From: a virus
Virus record (IMG/VR): IMGVR_UViG_3300020219_000004
Location: 1 to 42,276 of that record
DNA length: 42,276 nucleotides
Strand: one strand, 5' to 3'
Below are positions 18,832 to 27,164 of this stretch, piece by piece. A model generated the notes under the pieces. It ran no database searches, was not told the DNA's origin, and was given only the letters and a program-made list of their open reading frames with translations. Each line of letters begins with the position of its first letter. Position 1 is the stretch's first letter. The position numbers and the translations under genes were made by a program.

Positions 18832-19107
18832 TTAAATCTCCTTGGCAGCTAGTTCAGCTTCGGTCTTAGCTGTTTTGGACACTCCTACCATCTTAGTAAC
18901 TTCTGCGTCTACTATCCGAGTAACCTTGTCAGCTAGTACATCATTCGCAAATTTACTTAGAATTGCGTCTAGTTCTTTGTCATCTCCAGCACTTTCAAAA
19001 GGTAAGTCCCCACGAGTATCAGTCATTACAACTGTTGTACCGTCTAGTATTTGAAAGGTTACTTGTCCTTTTACTGCGTCTACATTCGTAATTTTATATT
19101 TATTCAT
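18832..19107 (-). CDS. Hypothetical protein
   Basis: 91-aa ORF. Confidence 0.5.
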   Translation of the reverse strand: MNKYKITNVDAVKGQVTFQILDGTTVVMTDTRGDLPFESAGDDKELDAILSKFANDVLADKVTRIVDAEVTKMVGVSKTAKTEAELAAKEI

Positions 19108-19115
19108 ATCTACTC

Positions 19116-19550
19116 CTACTTCCAGAATATAGTTATATCTAGTGTTCCTGCTATCGTGGCGTATAAGCCAGTTGAGAACTCTACATCGGGCAGGCTAGTC
19201 ACAGAAGGACCAGCAGCAAACGAAACAGTGTTTAATAGAGTAGTTGTGGCAGCCGATGTATTATCCCATAGCTTCAGAGTTCCTGAGCTGTGAGAGTTGA
19301 CTGACCATCCCTTTACTCGTCCAGCACCAGTTTTTATGAGGGCGCTTGCAGTAAGGTTGGTATATGAAGAACGATCTTCTACTTTTAGAACATCGTTGAC
19401 AAGATCTTCACCAGCCGAGAGGGTACTAGCGGAGGTTAGAAGATTACCACTAGCATCAACTTCTAAAGCTGACGGATCCTCGTCATTACGAGTAGCTGGG
19501 GTTGTATTATAATTAGCTGGGTTTCCGTATTTTGCTTGTCGTACTGTCAT
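19116..19550 (-). CDS. Hypothetical structural protein
   Basis: 144-aa ORF. Confidence 0.55.
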   Translation of the reverse strand: MTVRQAKYGNPANYNTTPATRNDEDPSALEVDASGNLLTSASTLSAGEDLVNDVLKVEDRSSYTNLTASALIKTGAGRVKGWSVNSHSSGTLKLWDNTSAATTTLLNTVSFAAGPSVTSLPDVEFSTGLYATIAGTLDITIFWK

Positions 19551-19609
19551 ATATTCCGTCCTTTCAGACCGTGACTATTAGGGGTACTTATTGTATAGGG
19601 TTAAAAGAC

Positions 19610-19720
19610 CTACGAGCTTACGGCTTTTATGACTGCAAAGTTAATTATGATAGCACCAGTTTCAGCTGTGCCAGCAGCGACATTACCGTTATCATCTCGT
19701 GGTAGGGGTACTCCAGGCAT
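19610..19720 (-). CDS. Small hypothetical protein (36 aa)
   Basis: ATG five nt after AAGGAG; MPGVPLPRDDNGNVAAGTAETGAIIINFAVIKAVSS. Below the ORF-track cutoff. Confidence 0.35.
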   Translation of the reverse strand: MPGVPLPRDDNGNVAAGTAETGAIIINFAVIKAVSS

Positions 19721-19729
19721 AATTACTCC

Positions 19730-20272
19730 TTAAGCGAAGATACCTGATTGAGACACACATCGCCATACAGTACCGTCACAAACGAATACAATGTGATCGT
19801 TTACAACCGCTGTACCTTGAGTGTTTGTACAGGTTGTGGTTGAGAGAGTAGTACCTGTGGCTGTTGTCTTATACTTCATCGTTCCACCCGTGATGGTGAA
19901 GCCTGCTGTAACGTTAGAAACGGTGAATGAGTACCATAAACCGTTTGATGCGGTTGGTAGTGTCCACGAAGGACTTCCACTCGTTGATGCGTTGTTAAAT
20001 GTTTGTCCGTTTTGTGCTGCGGTAAGAACTACTGTTGCTCCTACTGCTGCACTATCGGTAACTGTTCTCAGCGTACTGGCACCACTAGGAGCTGCGGAAA
20101 ATACTGGAGCTACTGTAAAGTTTGCTACTCCAGTGAATGTCTGCGCACCAGTAACGGTCAACGTACCACCGACAGCTAATGTTGCAGCTGTACCATTAAG
20201 AATGACCGGCTTATCAGTTTGGATACCGTCTTCTTTAACTACTTGGACATAACCTTCTAATTTACGAGCCAT
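19730..20272 (-). CDS. Structural protein (putative head or fibre component)
   Basis: 180-aa Thr/Ala/Gly/Val-rich beta-type sequence; ATGA overlap with the upstream gene. Confidence 0.55.
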   Translation of the reverse strand: MARKLEGYVQVVKEDGIQTDKPVILNGTAATLAVGGTLTVTGAQTFTGVANFTVAPVFSAAPSGASTLRTVTDSAAVGATVVLTAAQNGQTFNNASTSGSPSWTLPTASNGLWYSFTVSNVTAGFTITGGTMKYKTTATGTTLSTTTCTNTQGTAVVNDHIVFVCDGTVWRCVSQSGIFA

Positions 20273-20487
20273 TATTTTTTACCTTTTTTAGATTTCTTTA
20301 CTTTAACAATTTCCTGATCTTCAGAGGCTTCTTCGGCTTCAGGTTCGGCTTCTTCAACGTCACCACGCTTTTCAGCTAGGCTACGCTTAGCTGCGGCTAG
20401 ATTTCCTTCAGCTTGCACCAAAGCAGCTTCAGCTTCTTGTACGTCTACTACATAAGCGTTAACGTCTGTTTCTTGTACTTCAGCCAT
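20272..20487 (-). CDS. Small acidic helical protein
   Basis: 71-aa E/A-rich ORF with a Lys-rich C-terminus. Confidence 0.5.
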   Translation of the reverse strand: MAEVQETDVNAYVVDVQEAEAALVQAEGNLAAAKRSLAEKRGDVEEAEPEAEEASEDQEIVKVKKSKKGKK

Positions 20488-20496
20488 ACTAACTCC

Positions 20497-21222
20497 TTAA
20501 CCTAAGTTTAGATTGACTAACTGATACTGAGTGGATATTCCGAGTTGTGCGGCAACACCGTAGATAGGTTGTGCATCTATACCCAGGGTTCCGTTTCCAG
20601 CGGTCTGGGTACTCTGGGTGACCGTTTCACCCAAGGTATAGACCGTAGCTGCACACTGCAAGGGGGCAGGGCCTCGGACTTGGAGCCAACCGAAGTAGGC
20701 AGCGGTCAGGGAAGCGCCTGTAAAGACACCGACAGGGACAGCGGCTGATGCAGCAGCTGGGGCTACGATTGCCTTATTATACTGAGAAGCGAAAAGGTTA
20801 ATCTTTGTAGTAGCAGTAAAAGCTACGACGATTGGTTCATCTAATTGAACTACTAGCGTAGCTGAAGCGTCAGCGGCAGGGTTGCCCTTGATGCGATAAC
20901 CAATACCGAGTCCAGTTGAGGTTACGTTGCCGTATAACACACCACCGGCATACTGGTTGGCGGTAGCGGCTGTAGCACCTAAAGTGACGGTTACGGAAGT
21001 TGCACCGACAGCGGCTGCGGCGGTTACTAAGTTAACGTGGTCGGGGACAACTGGTGGGCCAACATTCATTAGCCCTGGAGCTAATGCCGACACTCCAGCT
21101 TTACCATAACGAAACTCACGTCCGTCTGATGTCGGTGCTATTTGCCCTAGTGGCATCTGCTGATCTACGCTAATATCTCTAAAATCTTGTCCGAGTACTA
21201 CTGACTGTGTTCCTAATCCCAT
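20497..21222 (-). CDS. Capsid-associated structural protein (decoration-type candidate)
   Basis: 241-aa ORF immediately downstream of the putative major capsid gene. Confidence 0.6.
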   Translation of the reverse strand: MGLGTQSVVLGQDFRDISVDQQMPLGQIAPTSDGREFRYGKAGVSALAPGLMNVGPPVVPDHVNLVTAAAAVGATSVTVTLGATAATANQYAGGVLYGNVTSTGLGIGYRIKGNPAADASATLVVQLDEPIVVAFTATTKINLFASQYNKAIVAPAAASAAVPVGVFTGASLTAAYFGWLQVRGPAPLQCAATVYTLGETVTQSTQTAGNGTLGIDAQPIYGVAAQLGISTQYQLVNLNLG

Positions 21223-21243
21223 AATATTCTCCTATTACCTTTC

Positions 21244-22311
21244 TTATACTGTCGTCACACCGGTTCGCTTGCTGTGTCGGCGAGTAGAACCAGAGATTAA
21301 GTTACCTAAGCACATGAATTGACCAATGTCAGAGTACTGAGCGTGTGGTTTCTGGAGACCAGACCATTGGATTGGGTAGTTACGTCCGTATTCTGAGTAA
21401 ACTGAATCGACTTGTCCTGATACTTTGTAGGATGTCAGACCAACACCCTTTAGGTTGTACCAGTGTAGGTATTCCTCGTTCAAGTAGTACACAACACCTG
21501 AAGTACATTTCTCATCAGCAACGATTGGGATACCGCGCCACACAAGTGTTTCAAAGCCGTAGTTGCCCTTGAGACTGTCTTGGCCAGAAAGCGTAACACC
21601 AGGCTTACTATAGGTAGTAATTTGACCCCGTGATAGCGAGTCGTAGTTAGAGCTAATAGCTGGAGTGAACAGGCTTTCCAATAGGTCCCAAGCAACTTCC
21701 GTAGTAACGATAATCGAAGGTCGTTGTCTCTTAGAACTTGCGGCACTTGCGCCTCTCATATCTACTGCCATACCAGCGAATGTCAATGCTCCACCTGAAG
21801 CGGCAGTAACAGTTGAGTTCAACTGAGTGTAAGTAGTACGAGTAAGTCCAGCGTAAGTTGAGGTGTTAGCCCCAGCATCTACAATTTTTTCCAGTCCAGT
21901 AAAGTCATCACCAGCGCCAACTCCGTAAAGTTGGTCACCGATAGTATCAAGCATAGCGTTCTGTGCTTCCTCTAAAGTGATCTTCGCAAGGTCAAGCACT
22001 TCGGCATCAGTCTTATTAAGAGATACTTCTGTACCACTAAGTGATACGTTCTGGTAGAAATAAGCAGTTTCAAATGCCTGACGGATACGAGTGTCCTGTA
22101 GAGCAGTATCAAAGGCACCAAGACCAGAGAATGAACCACCTGATGTTGGTTTAGCGAACTGTAGTGGAATCATTAGCTGACGGCCACCCCAGTTTTTGTT
22201 CTCACGCATAAACACACGGGATGTGAATACATTAGAGTTCAAAATACCATCTATACTAACCGGTACGTATTTTTCTTCTGTGATTGTCTTTACTCGTTCT
22301 GATAATACCAT
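21244..22311 (-). CDS. Major capsid protein (putative)
   Basis: 355 aa, in the portal-scaffold-capsid order, with a strong SD (TAGGAGACAGAA-ATG). Assigned from position and size only. Confidence 0.6.
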   Translation of the reverse strand: MVLSERVKTITEEKYVPVSIDGILNSNVFTSRVFMRENKNWGGRQLMIPLQFAKPTSGGSFSGLGAFDTALQDTRIRQAFETAYFYQNVSLSGTEVSLNKTDAEVLDLAKITLEEAQNAMLDTIGDQLYGVGAGDDFTGLEKIVDAGANTSTYAGLTRTTYTQLNSTVTAASGGALTFAGMAVDMRGASAASSKRQRPSIIVTTEVAWDLLESLFTPAISSNYDSLSRGQITTYSKPGVTLSGQDSLKGNYGFETLVWRGIPIVADEKCTSGVVYYLNEEYLHWYNLKGVGLTSYKVSGQVDSVYSEYGRNYPIQWSGLQKPHAQYSDIGQFMCLGNLISGSTRRHSKRTGVTTV

Positions 22312-22400
22312 TTCTGTCTCCTAGTTACTTTATATAAAAAACCCGCCAGCTGACTGCCGACGGGCGTATTACTTAGAAGTTAAGCACACTTTATCTATTT

Positions 22401-22429
22401 TTGCAATCGCTGAACGTGATGACTATGAT
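22401..22429 (+). promoter_or_regulatory. Sigma-70-like promoter TTGCAA-N17-TATGAT
   Basis: Read directly; points into the plus-strand ORF 22469..22756, antisense to the late operon. Confidence 0.4.
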
Positions 22430-22468
22430 GACGACACGAATCGTAACTGGTTCAACAACCGACTAAAC

Positions 22469-22756
22469 ATGCTAAAGCATCATGGTTTGGTCAAACCAGC
22501 TAAAGAGTTTGATAAAGCGAGTAAACGGCATAAAACTGTTGGCGTTGTACTTACTTTAGCTGGTAAAGAGGCATTGGGTTATGTTGATGTTACAAGTAGC
22601 GAGATGCCCGAACACCCCAATGTGTATCGTACGGTGCCTACAAATAAGGCTTCACTTAACGATGTTGCTGCAGCTGTTAAGACGTTTCAAGAGAGTCACC
22701 CAGAGTTTGATGTGGTATTTGACGTGAAGTTTAAGGGGGTACAACCGAATAAATAA
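22469..22756 (+). CDS. Winged-helix-like small protein, probably 5'-truncated
   Basis: LNMLKHHGLVKP...VGVVLTLAGKEAL resembles a wHTH recognition region. The frame stays open for 48 codons upstream (from 22325) with no ATG/GTG/TTG. Confidence 0.45.
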   Translation: MLKHHGLVKPAKEFDKASKRHKTVGVVLTLAGKEALGYVDVTSSEMPEHPNVYRTVPTNKASLNDVAAAVKTFQESHPEFDVVFDVKFKGVQPNK

Positions 22757-22857
22757 AAAAGATAGCGTATTTACGCCCGAGTTAGGAGCCTTGGAAAGCT
22801 TCAGTCTCCATATAAGACACTGATAACCCTAACTCGGACGCAAGCACACTATCATCT

Positions 22858-22952
22858 GGTGTACCGGAAGTGGGGGTGTGAATGGCTAGGTGAGCCTTAA
22901 ACCCCGAAACCTGTCTTTGGTCGTAAGACCTCACCCTCACTTCTAGTACACC
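22858..22952 (+). ncRNA. Long-hairpin structured RNA candidate, element A
   Basis: 22858..22878 pairs with 22932..22952 over 21 positions (18 WC, 2 G-U, 1 mismatch). The apical region contains GGTC-GTAA-GACC (GNRA-type loop). Confidence 0.4.
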
Positions 22953-23020
22953 AACAAGTGCATAGTATAACCCGAACCTATTAAATTGTCAATGTACTTT
23001 CCCTGTTACGGTCATGTTTC

Positions 23021-23029
23021 TGTTATAAT
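23021..23029 (+). promoter_or_regulatory. Extended -10 promoter TGTTATAAT
   Basis: Exact TGnTATAAT; the same 9-mer recurs at 30255..30263. Confidence 0.35.
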
Positions 23030-23090
23030 GATAGCATAACTTAAATAAAGGACAATTCAGTCGTGGGTAAAAAGAAGTTCTTAGAATTTA

Positions 23091-23261
23091 TCAAACTGGC
23101 TTCCCAGCCCTTGCCAAAAGGAGCGAAAACACGTTTTCGTCTTGATATAATTCCCCTGACTTCTCTGGGTGAAATTTAGCACCTAAAGGGTCACCATTAA
23201 CTTGCCACATCTTATAATGTTCAGCACACCAACCTCGTGCTATATACTTTTTCCAACATCC
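23091..23261 (-). pseudogene. Remnant of an HNH-type homing-endonuclease gene
   Basis: Open frame with no usable start: GCWKKYIARGWCAEHYKMWQVNGDPLGAKFHPEKSGE... The CxxHYxxWxxxGDP motif is typical of actinophage HNH-associated zinc modules. Confidence 0.45.
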
Positions 23262-23385
23262 TTAGAGAAAGACGTGAAGTTACGCTAGAGACGCTGGCTC
23301 AGGACATCAAAGAGTATGAGCGCATTAACCCTAGTATTGAATTGAACCTAGAAGTGAAAATCAAAAAAGAGGCTGTGCCTATGGT

Positions 23386-23511
23386 GTAGACAATAGTGTG
23401 TATGCGGGTGCTATGGGATTGTCTATGACCTTAGCAAGTCGAAAACCCTGCAGGTTGGACATGAAAGGTTCGCCCCTAGAAAACCATAGTACCCGTATCT
23501 ACACTATCTAC
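23386..23511 (+). ncRNA. Long-hairpin structured RNA candidate, element B (paralog of A)
   Basis: 23386..23416 pairs with 23484..23511 over 28 positions (24 WC, 3 G-U, 1 mismatch, one 3-nt bulge). Apical motifs are shared with element A. Confidence 0.4.
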
Positions 23512-23549
23512 TAAAAGATAGCACAGTATCTAAAATAAACCTATTCGGT

Positions 23550-24452
23550 TTACAGAGAGTCCAAAACAGACATGTGAATATCATCTAAAGTTAGACCCGA
23601 TGGTGGAGCTTCCATAATCTTAGGCTTATTAGCTGCACCGCCACCAGTCCCAGCACCAGATACCATAGCTCCACGTTTCTTTTTATCTTCAGCAACCTTG
23701 GCTTTAGCTTCAGCACCAGTATCCTTGCCTTTACGACCTTCATGCAGTTCATATCCCGTGGCAAAGTCTATTACCCTACCTTCTGCGAGCTTTTCGTTCA
23801 TTATAGCGAACACAGCATCTGTAACAACTTTCTTTTCTGTTTCATCACTAGGCAGACTTTTAGCATCAGTTAAGATTTTTATGTCCTTATCCCAGTCAGC
23901 TTTTATGGCATCTATCCTAGCGGAGCGTTCTGCTTCCTCAGCTTTAGTTTCAGCGTCAGCTTGAGCTACGCGGTCACTAGCAGACTTCTCGGTAAACTTT
24001 TGAACAACTTGTCCCCAGTGTTTATAAGTAGCTGGTTCAAAGTCATCAGGCACTTCATCCAGGTTATTAAAATAGTGAATCCCACCATCCACGTCTTTAA
24101 CGGTAATCTTGCCTGGGCCTTTTTTGGTGGTGTCTTCGTTTAGTTCAGGGGCTGGTTCATCTTCTTCGGGCTTCTCGGCTGGAAGCTGTTTGTCAGGAAT
24201 TGCAGCTCCCACGGGTGCTTCTCCAGCGTCAGCGTCCTTGGATTCATCCTCATCACCGGCCTTATCGTCGCCATCGGCTGCATCTTTATCAGCCCCGGCG
24301 TCTTTATCGCCGGTATCGGAATCGTCTTTGGCACTATCATCATCATCCCCCTCATGTTCTAATTTAGCTATAGTTTGGTCATGGACCTGTGCGAGTGTTA
24401 GTACTTCTTCTTCTTTTTTGGCTTCATCTTTTTTCTCCTCTTTATCTGCCAT
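23550..24452 (-). CDS. Scaffolding protein (putative)
   Basis: 300 aa, strongly acidic D/E/K/A-rich and helical, located between the portal and capsid genes. Confidence 0.55.
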   Translation of the reverse strand: MADKEEKKDEAKKEEEVLTLAQVHDQTIAKLEHEGDDDDSAKDDSDTGDKDAGADKDAADGDDKAGDEDESKDADAGEAPVGAAIPDKQLPAEKPEEDEPAPELNEDTTKKGPGKITVKDVDGGIHYFNNLDEVPDDFEPATYKHWGQVVQKFTEKSASDRVAQADAETKAEEAERSARIDAIKADWDKDIKILTDAKSLPSDETEKKVVTDAVFAIMNEKLAEGRVIDFATGYELHEGRKGKDTGAEAKAKVAEDKKKRGAMVSGAGTGGGAANKPKIMEAPPSGLTLDDIHMSVLDSL

Positions 24453-24482
24453 ATTGACTCCTATTTTAATTGACTACCGTTC

Positions 24483-24491
24483 AATATAACA
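24483..24491 (-). promoter_or_regulatory. Extended -10-like promoter TGTTATATT upstream of the scaffold gene
   Basis: Minus strand reads ctaTGTTATATTgaacggtagtcaattaaaataggagtcaatATG. Confidence 0.35.
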
Positions 24492-24495
24492 TAGT

Positions 24496-26757
24496 TTACT
24501 TCTTTTTGGTAGGCTTCTTTTTCTTCTCAGAGTCTTTCTTGGCTACTTGCTTTTTCTTTATTTCATGGTCATCTTCTACCATGGTTTGTGAGTGCTGTTG
24601 CTGTTGAGCCTTCAGCTTCGTATCTATAGCCGATTGCTGGGCTTTCATTTCCAAAGTCTGCTGGATGGGTGAAGGAGTTTTAGACGGTTGGTAGCCATTG
24701 GCGGCTTCCATCTGGCGTTTAATTTCCTCAGGGGCATCTTTGTAATTCACGATTTGGTCGGGAGGTATAGGTTCCTGAGGAGCTTGTTGTTGCTGAGGAG
24801 GTTGAGCATTAGGGTCTAGGAGGTTCTGCTGGGGCTGATTGCCCTGATTAGTCTTATCCATGTCCTCCTGAGTAGGTGCTTGGGTCTGGAAGGCTTCCAT
24901 TTGCTTCTGAGCCTGAGCCTGGACTATCTTCATCCACTCCATATACATCTGTTTTACAAGGTCGGGTTGTTTTTCAAACGAACCAGTCAGAATGTAGTTA
25001 TTCATAAATTTAAGGTATTCTTCGCCTATTTCATCCCTAGGAAGTGGCATCTCACCACGGTTCAGAATCTGAACATCTATAAAGGCTTCGCGTGAAAACT
25101 CGTCTTGCTTAGCCTTGCCCATGAAAGCAATCGGGTCAGTCTTGAATAATATAAACCTCTCAAGTAGTTTCTGGGGACTAGCGAGATTGCCTCCAGAAAG
25201 CACCTCATAAACCGACAGAGGGTCTATCAAACCTTGCTGAATCAAGGATTCCATAGCCTCCTGCTGGCGTTGCTTATTAACAGGCAGCATAGACCCTACC
25301 CCAACTTTAAGATCAATACCATCTTCTATAGCATCTTGTTTCATTACTAGGTAATCAAACTTCCCGTCCTCACCAACGGCTTTGAAGTAGTGTTCTTCTG
25401 TGTAATAGACTTTCATCATCTGAATGAGGTATCGGTAGTAATTCGTGGCGGTACGCTCTATAGCCCTAGCTATGTCGTCCATACGGGTGTAATTTTGCTC
25501 ACGTTGCATTTGGTCTTGGCCCAGAGTTTTATTACCACTGCGTTCGCCACGGGTAACTTCCTGCGTAGCAAAGATATTATCTATTTCATTCCTAGCATCT
25601 AGCTTATCCTCAATGACGTAGCTCGGAAGAGGTGGAGGAGCAATCCGAGCCACGGCATCACGGACAGAACCTTTGACACCGATTCTCTCATCCGGACTTC
25701 CAACTAATTTACCTATATCAGCCTTATCTATCATTTGGGTATTAAAGACTAAACCAGACCCAGCCATCTCGGCGTTCTCCATAATCTGGAAACCCCGACG
25801 GTCAAGTATTCTTTGTAGTGGAGCCGCCTGCTCAACCATCGAGGTCAAATCAATGTATGAAGTACCATCATTCAGATAGTTAATCGGAAAGAATGGTGGG
25901 ATAGGAATATCTAAAAAATTACCCGTAAAGCCTTCTTCGTCTTCATAATTCCAGTTAGGGTTACGAATCTTACCTAATACATATTGAGACTTAATATCCG
26001 TCAAGGCCACGCCAGACTTATACCCATCTTCAAAATAATGGAACCAGGTTTCCCATATATCGTGCTTCTTGGCTAATTGAGACTTATAAGCTACGCGCTT
26101 ACCTTCTTTATCCCTGCGGTCTACGCCAGCCATTTCTAAAATCTTTTCCTTAGAGTCTGGGAACATTGATAGTAATTCTTCTACTGTTTTGTTTCTGATC
26201 TTATGAGAGGTGAACCGAGGGTTATCACCCCAACGAGCGTCTTTATCTACGACAATATCTTCAGGAGGAATAGCTTCAGGGACAATCTCACCATTTTTAC
26301 CCGCCAAAGGGTCCCAACGTAACTTAACAAAGCCTATGCGTTTTAGCAGAAGATTTCGCGCCCCAATCCTAAAAATATCAAGAGCACGGAACTTATCACT
26401 GTGAGCATGTAAGACTTTAGATAAATCTTTAGCAGCCTGTTCGCTTATAACTGTATCCTGGGCTGGCATAATGTCTACAACCGGAATACGGGAGTTTACA
26501 ACTGAAATAATTGTCTCTACAGAAATGAAAATTCGAGGGTCTTGGTATAAATATTCTTCTTGGAAGTCATAGACGTTTTTATCTCCCCAGTGGTTAGGCA
26601 TCCACAGGTTCATATTATCTTCACGGGCAGCTTTTAAGCCGTTGAAATTATCCCAGTAAGTTTCAGACTCTTCTAGGGGTTTTTTGATAAGAGCTAGTAA
26701 GTCGTCGTCTTCTAGTTCAAGGTCAAATATGCTGCCTTCGTCTGATGTATCTTCCAT
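24496..26757 (-). CDS. Portal protein (putative)
   Basis: 753 aa, immediately downstream of the terminase block, with a Q/P/K-rich C-terminal tail. Assigned from position and size. Confidence 0.65.
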   Translation of the reverse strand: MEDTSDEGSIFDLELEDDDLLALIKKPLEESETYWDNFNGLKAAREDNMNLWMPNHWGDKNVYDFQEEYLYQDPRIFISVETIISVVNSRIPVVDIMPAQDTVISEQAAKDLSKVLHAHSDKFRALDIFRIGARNLLLKRIGFVKLRWDPLAGKNGEIVPEAIPPEDIVVDKDARWGDNPRFTSHKIRNKTVEELLSMFPDSKEKILEMAGVDRRDKEGKRVAYKSQLAKKHDIWETWFHYFEDGYKSGVALTDIKSQYVLGKIRNPNWNYEDEEGFTGNFLDIPIPPFFPINYLNDGTSYIDLTSMVEQAAPLQRILDRRGFQIMENAEMAGSGLVFNTQMIDKADIGKLVGSPDERIGVKGSVRDAVARIAPPPLPSYVIEDKLDARNEIDNIFATQEVTRGERSGNKTLGQDQMQREQNYTRMDDIARAIERTATNYYRYLIQMMKVYYTEEHYFKAVGEDGKFDYLVMKQDAIEDGIDLKVGVGSMLPVNKQRQQEAMESLIQQGLIDPLSVYEVLSGGNLASPQKLLERFILFKTDPIAFMGKAKQDEFSREAFIDVQILNRGEMPLPRDEIGEEYLKFMNNYILTGSFEKQPDLVKQMYMEWMKIVQAQAQKQMEAFQTQAPTQEDMDKTNQGNQPQQNLLDPNAQPPQQQQAPQEPIPPDQIVNYKDAPEEIKRQMEAANGYQPSKTPSPIQQTLEMKAQQSAIDTKLKAQQQQHSQTMVEDDHEIKKKQVAKKDSEKKKKPTKKK

Positions 26758-26792
26758 AGGTTCCTTTGTTTAAGCCTATGGGCGTTGAAAAC

Positions 26793-26801
26793 ATTATACC
26801 A
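26793..26801 (-). promoter_or_regulatory. Extended -10 promoter TGGTATAAT upstream of the portal gene
   Basis: Minus strand reads gactaTGGTATAATgttttcaacgcccataggcttaaacaaaggaaccATG. Confidence 0.4.
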
Positions 26802-26818
26802 TAGTCCCAACTAGCAAC

Positions 26819-26917
26819 CTACCCCTGATAGGTTTCGCCATAATGATATATTGCAGCTTCTCTATATGCATCAATAGCTTTGTTTTTATCATTATACTTA
26901 CCTAAACTATACCTAAT
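26819..26917 (-). pseudogene. 3' remnant of an AP2-domain homing-endonuclease gene
   Basis: A stop-bounded 32-codon frame reads IRYSLGKYNDKNKAIDAYREAAIYHYGETYQG-stop. LGxF/Yxxxxx-A-xxAYxxAA-xxxxGE is the AP2 C-terminal signature. There is no N-terminal part. Confidence 0.45.
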
Positions 26918-27164
26918 TCATATTAATCAACAACCGATAGTGAGCGTGGCATAACTTACAACGTATATTGATAGCTACCCCAAAGTCTATCAAAGGCATT
27001 GGAGTTGAGATAATCTTGTCTACTGTCCCTTTCACGTCAACTATCGTTCTTTTGCAAAACAAGCAATTCAACGGCTCCATCTCCGGTGTATCATCGCTCA
27101 ATAAATAAATAGATATTGGCGGCGAGTACCTATGGTCCTTAAATGGCTTTTCGTAATAACTCAC
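26913..27164 (-). CDS. Small zinc-ribbon protein
   Basis: 83 aa with CLFC...CKLC; its start overlaps the TerL stop. Confidence 0.5.
   Translation of the reverse strand: MSYYEKPFKDHRYSPPISIYLLSDDTPEMEPLNCLFCKRTIVDVKGTVDKIISTPMPLIDFGVAINIRCKLCHAHYRLLINMN

Noticed and set aside
22339-22366. Hairpin plus T6 just upstream of the capsid gene (minus strand) as an intrinsic terminator
   Set aside because: The stem is only 4 bp plus 3 bp around an asymmetric internal loop, so it is too weak to call a terminator with confidence. It may contribute to processing or attenuation before the capsid gene.
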